46,553 nt of DNA from an uncultured Candidatus Saccharibacteria bacterium (GTDB taxonomy: Bacteria; Patescibacteriota; Minisyncoccia; Phycocordibacterales; UBA9973), in contig CAYRQJ010000002.1 of assembly GCA_964426555.1 (NCBI GenBank), positions 114,837 through 161,389 of the forward strand, read 5' to 3'. Position numbers and translations under genes: made by a program. Below the pieces are notes generated by a model, which was not told the origin of the DNA, did not search any database, and worked only from the letters and a program-made list of their open reading frames with translations. Below are positions 24,213-33,409 of this stretch, one piece after another; the first letter of the stretch is position 1, and each line of letters opens with the position of its first letter.

Positions 24213-25352
24213 CTACTTGTTTTTTATGAATATTCTGACTGCTGCAGAGAAATTTACATGACTAAAGATATATTGAAAATCAATAGCATTTCGGATAAGA
24301 TAACCTAAATAACCCCGAAAATTAACCCCCATAAATGAAGCTATTCCCCATTTGGGACCAACTGGCACAGCATACCCGATCTCTGGAGCTTTATATTCCT
24401 TGCGACGACGATTTAAAATTTTATTATGTAGTGAATGTGCCACAAATTTACCATCATAAATTGCAGTTTGAGCAAGACCAGCACGAATAGTAGATGCGCT
24501 ATCTCCTATTGCAAAAACAGTATCATCAAATGTAGATTCTAAATATTGATTTACTAAAACGCGCCCACGTTTGTCGTAATCTAAATCCAATTCTTTTAAC
24601 AATGGATGCGCAGCAAGACCAGCCGCCCACACAACAGTATGAGAAAGAAATTCGCCAGTATTTGTTTTTAAAATTTGACCATCATAGCTTGTGACTCTGG
24701 TATCTGTATAAACTCCGACTCCAATATTGACCAATCTTTGTTTTATATATTCACGAGCTTCAGTTGGAAGTTGAGCTACTACAGACCCTGAACCTTCTAT
24801 AATAATTACGTGGTTATGTGTGGTTTTTTCATTTGGGTATTCTTTATCAAAAACAGAAGACATTCTGGCAGCCAGTTCTACTCCTGTTGGCCCACCACCA
24901 ATAACTACAATTGGTTCAGTGTGATTACCTTGTTTATGTTTTTCAATAATTCCACGTAAACATGCAATATCATCTTGACTACGAAATTGACACATAAATT
25001 CTCGAACTCCCGGAGTACCGAAATCTTCTAAAACACTGCCCAATGCCAATATTATATAATCGTATTTAATATCAGATCCTTTTACTAGTGATACAGACTT
25101 TGAATCTTTGTTTATAGAAATGGCTTCATCATATATTGTATTTACAGTCTTTGGTACCATATCACTAATTTTAAGCAATGCGGTGTACGTAGATTGTTTG
25201 TCGGTTAATTTATACAGTGCAGGATAATAAATAAAACTTTCTTGTTTGGAAACAAGGGTTACATTAAATATTTTACTGAATTTTGCCAATGTTCTAGCTG
25301 TTTCTACTCCACCAAAACCAGCCCCAATGATAACTACATTTTTCTTTGTCAT
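24213..25352 (-). CDS. ndh: type II NADH dehydrogenase-like FAD/NAD(P) oxidoreductase
   Basis: Start at the ATG 25350-25352 (MTKKNVVIIGAGFGGVE). Second Rossmann motif VVIGGGPTGVE. Confidence 0.8.
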   Translation of the reverse strand: MTKKNVVIIGAGFGGVETARTLAKFSKIFNVTLVSKQESFIYYPALYKLTDKQSTYTALLKISDMVPKTVNTIYDEAISINKDSKSVSLVKGSDIKYDYIILALGSVLEDFGTPGVREFMCQFRSQDDIACLRGIIEKHKQGNHTEPIVVIGGGPTGVELAARMSSVFDKEYPNEKTTHNHVIIIEGSGSVVAQLPTEAREYIKQRLVNIGVGVYTDTRVTSYDGQILKTNTGEFLSHTVVWAAGLAAHPLLKELDLDYDKRGRVLVNQYLESTFDDTVFAIGDSASTIRAGLAQTAIYDGKFVAHSLHNKILNRRRKEYKAPEIGYAVPVGPKWGIASFMGVNFRGYLGYLIRNAIDFQYIFSHVNFSAAVRIFIKNK

Positions 25353-25377
25353 ATAATACCTTTGATTTTTACATTTA

Positions 25378-26817
25378 TTACTCGTCTTGTAAAGAATAGT
25401 CATCGGCATTATTTGTGTCATTATTTTTATTTTTGTGTTTTATATAAAAGATAATTCCAGAACTAAATATAATTACAAAGAACAAACTGCCATATACTAA
25501 ATAATTTTTATTATTATTTGCATTGGCTGCACTGGCAGATAAATTTATGGTTTTTAGATTTTTATTATCATTTATATAATTTTGATTTTCGTTACTATTA
25601 AAATATTCTACAGGTTTTGTATAGTTTGAATTTGTTTTATATATAATTGTATTTGTATTTTGATTTAAATTATTTTGGATACTACTGCTAAATTCTGATA
25701 CAAGATACCCAGTTTCGTGCATTAATTTAATTTCATTTTTGTTATAGTCAGCCAAGGGTAAATTTAATATAATTTCATCATTACCACTAATAAATGTATC
25801 TTCTGGGATTTTAAAATCCTTTATCCCTGTTTTAATAATATAACCACCAATGTTATATTCTCCGTCTTTAGTGTTAGCTAATTTTATTGCTGGTTTTGGG
25901 TTGTCGTAATATTCTTTTAAAACCAAAGGTGAATCTACTATTTTTATTACGAATTTACCAATTGCAACCGGCTCGGCATACCAATTATAGCGAAAAGTTA
26001 AAGACACAGTATAATTTCCGGCATAATTATATTGATGAAAAACATTTTTTAAATAAATATCTTCCATAATATCTCCATCACCAAAATTCCACACAAATCT
26101 CCCGGCAGATATTCTTTCTCCACTGTAACCAAATAAAATGGCTTTGTATTCCACATTTGTCCCAACGGTAGCTAATTTTGGTACAGTAAAATTAAAAATC
26201 ATTTCAGGATCTTTTTGGTAAGGTATATAACCAAGACCGCCAGTATTTTTTGTATTATCTACAATGTTTACTACATCTATAGTTGTGTCTTTTGTATTTG
26301 TATTATTATTTGTATTACCAGAATTTGAATTCAAAGGAGTCGGAGTTTGGGCCGTCCAAGAATTTGTAAACTGCAGTGATTTACCGTCACCATTAGCTCC
26401 AGTTGAAACATCATATGTAATTTCGTAAACAATATTACCGTCAGGGTCTTTTAACGAAAGAGACTCGCCTTTGTCATTGGATAATGAAAAAGACGAGTCG
26501 TATATGTGGGTTTTAGATTGATTAGGATAATCAGTAAGAAAATTATTTGGATTGTCTGCAATAATTGCATATTCACCGTTTGGTAAATCAGTACTACCTT
26601 CAAAATGTGAAATGCTATGAGCAGTACCAGATTCTACAAATTTATATTTTGTTAAATCAATAGTTGACCCGGAATTATTATAAACTTCTATCCATTCATG
26701 AGCGGTGTCAGTTCCTTCGAGATCATACATTATTTCCGTAATACTAACACCAGCAGCACTGACTTTTAACAAAGGCACAAAAAATATTAGCACAAGAAAT
26801 AAATATTTATTTTTCAT
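25378..26817 (-). CDS. lamin-tail-domain protein with PKD-like domain and C-terminal TM anchor
   Basis: Signal peptide. LTD (ITEIMYDLEGTDTAHEWIEVYNNSGSTIDL). WNFGDGD PKD-like motif. C-terminal hydrophobic helix. Confidence 0.75.
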   Translation of the reverse strand: MKNKYLFLVLIFFVPLLKVSAAGVSITEIMYDLEGTDTAHEWIEVYNNSGSTIDLTKYKFVESGTAHSISHFEGSTDLPNGEYAIIADNPNNFLTDYPNQSKTHIYDSSFSLSNDKGESLSLKDPDGNIVYEITYDVSTGANGDGKSLQFTNSWTAQTPTPLNSNSGNTNNNTNTKDTTIDVVNIVDNTKNTGGLGYIPYQKDPEMIFNFTVPKLATVGTNVEYKAILFGYSGERISAGRFVWNFGDGDIMEDIYLKNVFHQYNYAGNYTVSLTFRYNWYAEPVAIGKFVIKIVDSPLVLKEYYDNPKPAIKLANTKDGEYNIGGYIIKTGIKDFKIPEDTFISGNDEIILNLPLADYNKNEIKLMHETGYLVSEFSSSIQNNLNQNTNTIIYKTNSNYTKPVEYFNSNENQNYINDNKNLKTINLSASAANANNNKNYLVYGSLFFVIIFSSGIIFYIKHKNKNNDTNNADDYSLQDE

Positions 26818-27943
26818 ATTGCTTATTTTCGTATAATAATCTTAGAACGATACCAAACAAAGCTAAGTTAATTAATAATGATGTGCCACCTTGGCTCATT
26901 AATGGCAGTGGTACTCCAGTTAGTGGAATTACCCCTACTGTTGAACCAATATTTAAAAATGTTTGAAAGGCAAACAAAGAAAAGAACCCTATTAAATACA
27001 TTCTACCAAATGGATTGTTTAATGTTAACGCCAATTTTATTCCTCGTAGGATAAAAACAAGATAAAGTCCAATAATAACAAAAGAACCAACAAAACCAAC
27101 TTCTTCCCCCACTACTGCAAAAATAGAATCTCCTTGGGGTTCCGGTAGAAAATTAAATTTTTGAATACTTTGTCCGAAACCTTGGCCGATTACGCCACCA
27201 TTCCCAAGACCAATTAAAGACTGGCGAAGCTGATATGATGAGCCGCGTGGGTCATGTTCTGGGTCAAGAAATGTTTTAAAACGGTTTGCAATATATGGTT
27301 TTGTTGAAATCAAAAAAGCAAAAATTAAAATAACAATTCCAATTGACGGTAAAATAAATTTATAAGGTAAACCACAAACAAAAAGAAATGATACTGCTAA
27401 AAGAAAAATTAAGACTACACTTTTTGTGTCTGGTTGTGGTAGTAGTACTGCCGCAGTGGTAAATATAACAATTAAAGCCGGAGCTAATAACTTCATTAGA
27501 TTTGTAGAATTTTGAGCATTATCTTTCTTTAAAAATTTTGAATAAAGAAATGCTAAAAAAATCAACGCCCCAGCTTTTAAAAATTCTGCAGGCTGCAATG
27601 ATATTGGGCCAATGTCTATCCAGCGACGAGCCCCACCATGTGTAAACCCAATTCCTGGAATATAAACTAGTATTGTTAAAAGTAAACCTCCAAGAAAAAT
27701 AAAAGGTGACGCTTTTTGCCAAAAAATACTTTTGACTCGTATAAATACCAACAACGAAATAACCCCTAAAAGAAAACCCAGTATTAATTGTGATTTTACA
27801 ATTCCTGCAAATTTAACTGTATTACTAGCCAATACGCCAAGCGATGCTGATAAGAAAAAAAGTAAACCTAAAATTAGTAAAATAAAAAAAGAATAAACTA
27901 AAACTTTATCGAGCTGTAAAATCTTTTTCATACTAACTGACAA
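26807..27943 (-). CDS. ftsW: FtsW/RodA/SpoVE family peptidoglycan polymerase
   Basis: 378 aa polytopic protein; QPAEFLK and MSQGGTSLL motifs. Confidence 0.85.
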   Translation of the reverse strand: MSVSMKKILQLDKVLVYSFFILLILGLLFFLSASLGVLASNTVKFAGIVKSQLILGFLLGVISLLVFIRVKSIFWQKASPFIFLGGLLLTILVYIPGIGFTHGGARRWIDIGPISLQPAEFLKAGALIFLAFLYSKFLKKDNAQNSTNLMKLLAPALIVIFTTAAVLLPQPDTKSVVLIFLLAVSFLFVCGLPYKFILPSIGIVILIFAFLISTKPYIANRFKTFLDPEHDPRGSSYQLRQSLIGLGNGGVIGQGFGQSIQKFNFLPEPQGDSIFAVVGEEVGFVGSFVIIGLYLVFILRGIKLALTLNNPFGRMYLIGFFSLFAFQTFLNIGSTVGVIPLTGVPLPLMSQGGTSLLINLALFGIVLRLLYENKQYEK

Positions 27944-28988
27944 AAGCTAAAATAGTTCCCAGAATTGAGGTAATGAATCCAATAATCCAAAAACGCATAA
28001 CTACTTGGGTTTTGCTCCAGCCTATGGCTTCAAAATGATGGTGCAATGGTGCCACACGAAATACATTTTTGCCTTTACGGAATTTTTTTGATGCCAACTG
28101 AATAACAACAGAAAGTGATGTAATAAAAAGTGGAAAAACAATAATTGGTAGTAAGATTACTGTGTCTGTAAAAAATGCATAAATGGTAATAAGAGTAGTT
28201 AATGCAAGCATTCCAACTTCGCCCATGTAAAATTGCGCCGGCATAATGTTGTACCAAAGAAAAACTAAGATACTAGCTAAAATTATTACAGCTAAAGCTG
28301 CTAGGTCGTACTGATTACGAAAATATGTAATTACTGCATATGATCCAAAAGTAGAAAGTAGGACTCCTCCGGACAGGCCATCAATCCCGTCAATAACACT
28401 TCCAGAAAAAACACTGAATAATACCAACATAAAGAATGGAATAAATAAATACCCAATATTTAATTCCCCACCCCATGGAATATGCACAGTTGAAATACCT
28501 AGTTTAAAATAAAACCATAAACCAAGAAGTAAACCTAAAAGAATGATAGACCCGGATTTAACAACTCGCATAAAAATAGGATCATCCAATAGCTTACCTT
28601 TACCCCAAATTTGCAAAGAGTCATCAAAAAAACCAACTATCCCAGCAAAAATAAATGCCCCTAATGGAAGTAATGTTTGTGAGCGAGACAAGAAATCTAA
28701 TGATTTAAACGCGGGGATATTTGTAAATTTGGCTAAAATAAAAAGTATTAAAATAGAAGCAACTGTAGTAATAATAATCAAAGCTCCACCAACTCGTGGA
28801 ACACTGGTTTCAAGATCATTACTAATTTTATGAAATTCATTATTTGTTGTATTTTCGTTACGGCTAACTTTACGCCACAATCTTAAACGATAAACTATTC
28901 TACGGAAACTGGGCGCAATACCAAACCCAAAAAAAACTGAAACGATTCCAGCTACAAGTAAACTAGCCATATAATATCCCCCATGCAT
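27933..28988 (-). CDS. mraY: phospho-N-acetylmuramoyl-pentapeptide transferase
   Basis: Polytopic protein; VDGIDGL and APLHHHFE..GWSKTQVVMRFWI motifs. Confidence 0.85.
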   Translation of the reverse strand: MHGGYYMASLLVAGIVSVFFGFGIAPSFRRIVYRLRLWRKVSRNENTTNNEFHKISNDLETSVPRVGGALIIITTVASILILFILAKFTNIPAFKSLDFLSRSQTLLPLGAFIFAGIVGFFDDSLQIWGKGKLLDDPIFMRVVKSGSIILLGLLLGLWFYFKLGISTVHIPWGGELNIGYLFIPFFMLVLFSVFSGSVIDGIDGLSGGVLLSTFGSYAVITYFRNQYDLAALAVIILASILVFLWYNIMPAQFYMGEVGMLALTTLITIYAFFTDTVILLPIIVFPLFITSLSVVIQLASKKFRKGKNVFRVAPLHHHFEAIGWSKTQVVMRFWIIGFITSILGTILAFVS

Positions 28989-28989
28989 A

Positions 28990-29535
28990 TTATTCTATTT
29001 CATTGTTATTATTTTGTAATGCAGTTTTGAAATCGTTAGAAATTTTTTCGTAGTCTGGCATGTCTTCAACTTTACCAAGTCCCATAAAACGTAATGTTTC
29101 AACTGTGGGTACGTATACTGAATCTCGGCCAGATTTACCCGAACGGGCAATAAGACCACGAGACGCTAAACTACGCAGCATATACGAGCTTTGTACTCCA
29201 CGGATATAGTCAATTTGGCTTTTAGAAGCCGACCCAAGATATAAAATACAAGTCAAAGTTTCTAGTGCAGCGCGAGATAATTCGCCTTCTCTTTCACGCA
29301 CGTCACGAGCAATAATAGCATCGCGAACAGACCCTGATACAACAAATTGATAAGAATCATTTTGCGCAAGCAATATTATGGATTTTTCGGGGTTACTGTA
29401 TTCTTGTTTAATTTCGTCTAATACAGTTACTACATCTTCTATTTTTAAATTTAAGATTTCAGAAATTTCTACAGTTGTTAGCGTATCTGCTTCGTAAAAA
29501 AGTATACCTATTATTTTGTCTTTGATTTCATTCAT
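28990..29535 (-). CDS. scpB: segregation and condensation protein B
   Basis: 181 aa; LSRAALETLTCILY...IDYIRGV..SYMLRSLASRGLI. Confidence 0.85.
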   Translation of the reverse strand: MNEIKDKIIGILFYEADTLTTVEISEILNLKIEDVVTVLDEIKQEYSNPEKSIILLAQNDSYQFVVSGSVRDAIIARDVREREGELSRAALETLTCILYLGSASKSQIDYIRGVQSSYMLRSLASRGLIARSGKSGRDSVYVPTVETLRFMGLGKVEDMPDYEKISNDFKTALQNNNNEIE

Positions 29536-29537
29536 AT

Positions 29538-30287
29538 TTATACTGTATTAATTGGCTCACATATTATATCACCATAATTCTGATTTTGCTCTGCATCCAT
29601 TAGACCACCTCGAACTAATTCTAAAACTGCAAGGAAACTAACAATTACAGATACTTTCATTTCTTTAGGAGTCATTTCTTTGAAATATACAGACTGTGCT
29701 AAAGAATTAAAAGATGTAGCCTGTTTTACTGATTTTAAATTATTTGTGATTTTAGTAATCATTTCTTCCAGTGTCATTACACGCAGAATTTGAATTTTGG
29801 GTAATTTTTCTTTATCGACAGGTAGTTTGTTTATGACTTCGTTTGCAATATTTAAAAGATTTTCTATGTTTACATCAGCATGTGGAATAAAACTGACTGT
29901 ATTTATATTTTTTCTTTTAACAAATTCTAAATAAGGTGAAGGTTTTGAATTTAAATAACTATTTGATCCATTGCGAAGCATTTCCAATAATCGTAATCTT
30001 TCTTCTAGATTATTTTTTGCAGAGTCTACTTCTTCGTCTGCAATACTGCTACCGTCCAGCAACATTTTTGATTTTAGTAATACCAATGTTGCAGCAATAG
30101 ACAAAAACAAAGTTACATTGGGTAAATCTTCTCCAATGTGGTCTTGGACATAAGCTACATATTCGTCGGTAACTTCGGCTAACGATACGTCGCTAATATG
30201 CAGTTTTCTTTTTTCTACAAGCGAAAGCAAGACATCAAGCGGTCCTTCAAATTTCTCTGTTTTAACTTGATAAATTGTTTCGTCCAT
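29538..30287 (-). CDS. scpA: segregation and condensation protein A
   Basis: FEGPLDVLLSLVEKRKLHISDVSLAEVTDEY. Confidence 0.85.
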   Translation of the reverse strand: MDETIYQVKTEKFEGPLDVLLSLVEKRKLHISDVSLAEVTDEYVAYVQDHIGEDLPNVTLFLSIAATLVLLKSKMLLDGSSIADEEVDSAKNNLEERLRLLEMLRNGSNSYLNSKPSPYLEFVKRKNINTVSFIPHADVNIENLLNIANEVINKLPVDKEKLPKIQILRVMTLEEMITKITNNLKSVKQATSFNSLAQSVYFKEMTPKEMKVSVIVSFLAVLELVRGGLMDAEQNQNYGDIICEPINTV

Positions 30288-30405
30288 CCCGTTAGAAGCA
30301 GATCGCGATCAAATCACAACCTAATTTACTAATATTTATAATTTTATTTTTATTTAAAAACATATATTCATTAAAATTTCTATTGCGATCGCGGCTTCTA
30401 ACGGG
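30288..30405. repeat. palindromic intergenic element, long copy 2
   Basis: CCCGTTAGAAGC-AGATCGCGATC ... GCGATCGCG-GCTTCTAACGGG. Shares interior blocks with copy 1. Abuts the scpA ATG at 30287. Confidence 0.8.
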
Positions 30406-30414
30406 ATCCATCTT

Positions 30415-31755
30415 CTACTCACTAAGTCTTTTATCGATACGGTTAATGTCTCTTGGGAACAACGTTGCTTCTTTGATATTTGGAATATTTAAGAATCGTG
30501 CAGTTAATCTTTCTAGCCCCATAGCCAGTCCACCATGTGGCGGTAAGCCATATTTAAAAGCTTGAAGATAAAAATCAAATTTTTCTGGATCTAGACCTTT
30601 GAATTTCATTTTTTCTACAAGTTCTTCGTAGCGGTGTTCACGTTGGTTACCACTGAGTAATTCTAAGCCTCGGAATAATAAGTCGTAACATTTTGTACGG
30701 CCAGGAACAGCATCGTCGTCCATTGCGTAAAATGGTCTTTTAGTACGAGGATAGTTTGTGATAAATATAAAATCAGAATTAAATTCTTTCTTTGCGTATT
30801 CACATAGCCAGCGTTCATGCTCAGGTTCTAAATCCGGTTCTTGTGTACAGTCTACGCCGGTAACTTTAGAAATTAATTCCTGAGCTTCAGTTAATTTCAT
30901 AGTTGGAAAAATTTCACCTTGTGGCATTAGCGGGAATTCTGCACCAAGAATTGCAAATTCTGGGCTACATTTTTCTTTTAGTTCGTTTAAAATGTAGCGT
31001 AGTAAATTTGTTTCCAATTTCATAACATCTTCTGGACCATCAATAAATCCCATTTCTAGATCAAGAGATGTGTATTCGTTAAGATGTCTTGTTGTTGCGT
31101 GTTTTTCAGCACGGAAAACGTTGGTAACTGTGTAAGCACGTTCAAATACACCCACCATCATTTGCTTGTACAATTGTGGACTAGTAGCCAAGTACGCTGT
31201 TTTGTCGTAAAAATAATCCAGTTTAAAAGTTTCGGTACCGCCTTCGGCATCGCCACCAACAAGAGCTGGCGCCCGAAATTCGGTAAAATCTTCTTTATTT
31301 AGAAAGTTACGAAAAGATTCTAAAATAGTTGCTTGAACTTTAAAAATTGCATTTTCTCTTTTTCGGCGTAGTGTTAACGGACGATAATCTAAAAGAGTAT
31401 CTAAATTTAATTCTGCATCATTTGAAAAAGGTAATTCTTGAGATTTAGATAATACTGTAATACCAGTAACTTCTAATTCCACATCACCACCAACAATGTT
31501 GGGGTTGATGTTTTTTTCAGGTCTTTTGTTTACTATACCAGTGACACTTAGAACCCATTCAGGACGAATGTCTTTAGCTACGTCTAGTGCTTCTGTATGG
31601 TTTGGTAAGACTACACATTGCAGTATCCCAGACATGTCGCGCAGGTCGAAGAAAACCATTTTGCCTTGGTCACGTCGAATGTTGACCCAACCAGCCATGG
31701 TTACGGTATTCCCAACATTTTCACTTATATTCTTAACTAAAATTCTTCCTTTCAT
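30415..31755 (-). CDS. aspS: aspartate--tRNA ligase, archaeal/type-2 (probably non-discriminating)
   Basis: Start at the ATG 31753-31755 (MKGRILVKNISE). Class IIb motifs FRAEKHATTRHLNEYTSLDLEM and GGLAMGLERL. gatB is present in the window. Confidence 0.8.
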   Translation of the reverse strand: MKGRILVKNISENVGNTVTMAGWVNIRRDQGKMVFFDLRDMSGILQCVVLPNHTEALDVAKDIRPEWVLSVTGIVNKRPEKNINPNIVGGDVELEVTGITVLSKSQELPFSNDAELNLDTLLDYRPLTLRRKRENAIFKVQATILESFRNFLNKEDFTEFRAPALVGGDAEGGTETFKLDYFYDKTAYLATSPQLYKQMMVGVFERAYTVTNVFRAEKHATTRHLNEYTSLDLEMGFIDGPEDVMKLETNLLRYILNELKEKCSPEFAILGAEFPLMPQGEIFPTMKLTEAQELISKVTGVDCTQEPDLEPEHERWLCEYAKKEFNSDFIFITNYPRTKRPFYAMDDDAVPGRTKCYDLLFRGLELLSGNQREHRYEELVEKMKFKGLDPEKFDFYLQAFKYGLPPHGGLAMGLERLTARFLNIPNIKEATLFPRDINRIDKRLSE

Positions 31756-31777
31756 ATAAAGACATATTAACATAAAT

Positions 31778-31821
31778 CCCATTAGAAGTTTAGCTTTATA
31801 TAAAAAACTACTTCTAACGGG
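31778..31821. repeat. mini copy of the palindromic element (arms only)
   Basis: CCCATTAGAAGT-N20-ACTTCTAACGGG. On the minus-strand RNA the single arm mismatch becomes a G-U pair. Confidence 0.65.
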
Positions 31822-31846
31822 ACAGGAAACCCTTTAGCTTTATTAA

Positions 31847-31895
31847 CCGCGTTAGAGGCAGAGATTCTTTATGATTCTCGTTGGCTCTAATGGGG
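31847..31895. repeat. degenerate relative of the palindromic element
   Basis: CCGCGTTAGAGGC ... GCTCTAATGGGG hairpin, 1 nt from the stop of the 31897-32157 gene. Confidence 0.5.
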
Positions 31896-31896
31896 A

Positions 31897-32157
31897 TTAA
31901 TGCATGCTATTGTGAAAAGTTTCAAACAATTTAGATAAAGGTATAACAATTGCGTACAACGGGTAAATAATTACACAAGATAAATAGTACATTAATGGGT
32001 CTTTATCTTTTAACCCTAGATTTATCTTTTGTAGCCACATAAAGAATAATTGCAGTGGTAAATACAATACCCCAAAAAATACATGCAAAACCTTGCGCCC
32101 CGCTGGCACAATTAGAAAAAGTAAAATTATTACAAATACATATATCCAATTTGACAT
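31897..32157 (-). CDS. small integral membrane protein
   Basis: 86 aa with 2-3 hydrophobic helices. No family recognised. Confidence 0.5.
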   Translation of the reverse strand: MSNWIYVFVIILLFLIVPAGRKVLHVFFGVLYLPLQLFFMWLQKINLGLKDKDPLMYYLSCVIIYPLYAIVIPLSKLFETFHNSMH

Positions 32158-32189
32158 AAAAGTATTATAACATAATTAGTTTAAGTAGA

Positions 32190-32777
32190 TTAAATTTCAA
32201 AAACCTTAAATTGACCTTCTTTTAATGTAAGTATGGGTAGATCTTCCTTATAATCTTTTAATTCTTCAATTATCTTATCCCAATCCAAATTGTATTCTTC
32301 CCCATCAAAAAAATTAGACTGCCAATGTGGAATAACTTTTAATGGAACCAAACCAAAGCCATCATCTTTTCTGTTTGATTTTAAAATATGATAATACTTT
32401 GACAAAACTTCTGCTCCAGCCGATGTGCCAGCAATAGTTTTACCTTCTAAATAATTAAGCCATTCTGTATTTTTATTTAAAGCTTCAGATAGTATTTTTG
32501 TAAAACCACCACGAAAAAATATTACATCCGAATTTTTAAATTGTTCTATAAAATTGTCATTGCTTGCAAGCTCTAATTCAAAATCTTTTATATATTGTGT
32601 AAATAATAATTTATCTTTTTTAAAAGTTTCATCCCAGTCTTCTAATGGCCGCGCAAACATACAGTCCAATATTTTAACTGGTTTCTTATCAAAACCTTTT
32701 ACAAGTTCTTCATAAAAAGCCCGACCTCCATCTTCGGTCTTATTTACGTATCCCCCAGCTAAAATATATTTAGTCAT
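32190..32777 (-). CDS. peptidase S51 (dipeptidase E-like) family protein
   Basis: 195 aa; FFRGGFTKIL and IAGTSAGAEV (Ser nucleophile context). Confidence 0.7.
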   Translation of the reverse strand: MTKYILAGGYVNKTEDGGRAFYEELVKGFDKKPVKILDCMFARPLEDWDETFKKDKLLFTQYIKDFELELASNDNFIEQFKNSDVIFFRGGFTKILSEALNKNTEWLNYLEGKTIAGTSAGAEVLSKYYHILKSNRKDDGFGLVPLKVIPHWQSNFFDGEEYNLDWDKIIEELKDYKEDLPILTLKEGQFKVFEI

Positions 32778-32778
32778 A

Positions 32779-33402
32779 TTAATTAAAAATTATTTCTTCT
32801 CCATCACCAAGAAAAGTATACTTATTATCTTCTACTAAAATCCCTTGCCCATCGCGAAGAATTCGTAATGGGTATTTTAATTCTTTCATTTTTTCTTGAA
32901 CTAAATCTTTTTGTTCATCAGTATAGTGCACCTTTAAAACAAAAGGCACACAATTTAATGCTGTAAAATCTGTAACATCAAATCTACTAATAGAATCATC
33001 ACTCCAATCTGAAACCTGTATTGTAGGGCAGGTTAAATATGCCCCTGCGCTTGTTCCAATATAAATTTTACCTTGATATAATAAACCTTTTAAAATTTTA
33101 TCAAACCCAACAGATTTAACTGCTCTTAATAAATAAAAACTATTCCCGCCTTCTACCTGTATTATATTTTTGTCATTTAAAAATTCTCATATTTCATTTT
33201 CTGTTTTATTTTCAATATCAAATTCATTAAGAATATAGCCTTGTTCTTTTATTTGATTTCTTAATTTTTGATTTGCGTCTGTTCTTGCTCCTTTTGATGC
33301 TGTAATTACATAACCAATTTTCATTTGATCTTTTGGTATACCAGTTAAATCATAACCGTATTTAAGTAAAAAACTATTGTCTGAAGATAATATTAATTTC
33401 AT
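32779..33402 (-). pseudogene. peptidase S51 paralogue interrupted by one in-frame TGA (codon 72)
   Basis: The track ORF 33187-33402 ends at TGA (33187-33189). The same frame continues: EFLNDKNIIQVEGGNSFYLL...YIGTSAGAYLTCP... to TAA at 32779-32781. The total of 207 codons is a normal S51 length. Confidence 0.7.
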
Positions 33403-33409
33403 AATATAA

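Noticed and set aside
30288-30411. 39-codon upstream ORF running through element copy 2 (ATG 30409-30411 to the TAA inside TTCTAACGGG)
   Set aside because: It is not conserved. The equivalent frame in copy 3 stops after three codons (ATG TCC CGT TAG). Copy 1 has no ATG and a different frame.
32779-33402. Possibility that the organism uses genetic code 25 (UGA = Gly), as in Gracilibacteria/Absconditabacteria
   Set aside because: All long genes in the window are uninterrupted under the standard code, and only this one gene has an internal TGA. TGA also acts as a plausible stop in the ATGA overlap at 35665-35668. Global reassignment would have fragmented many ORFs.
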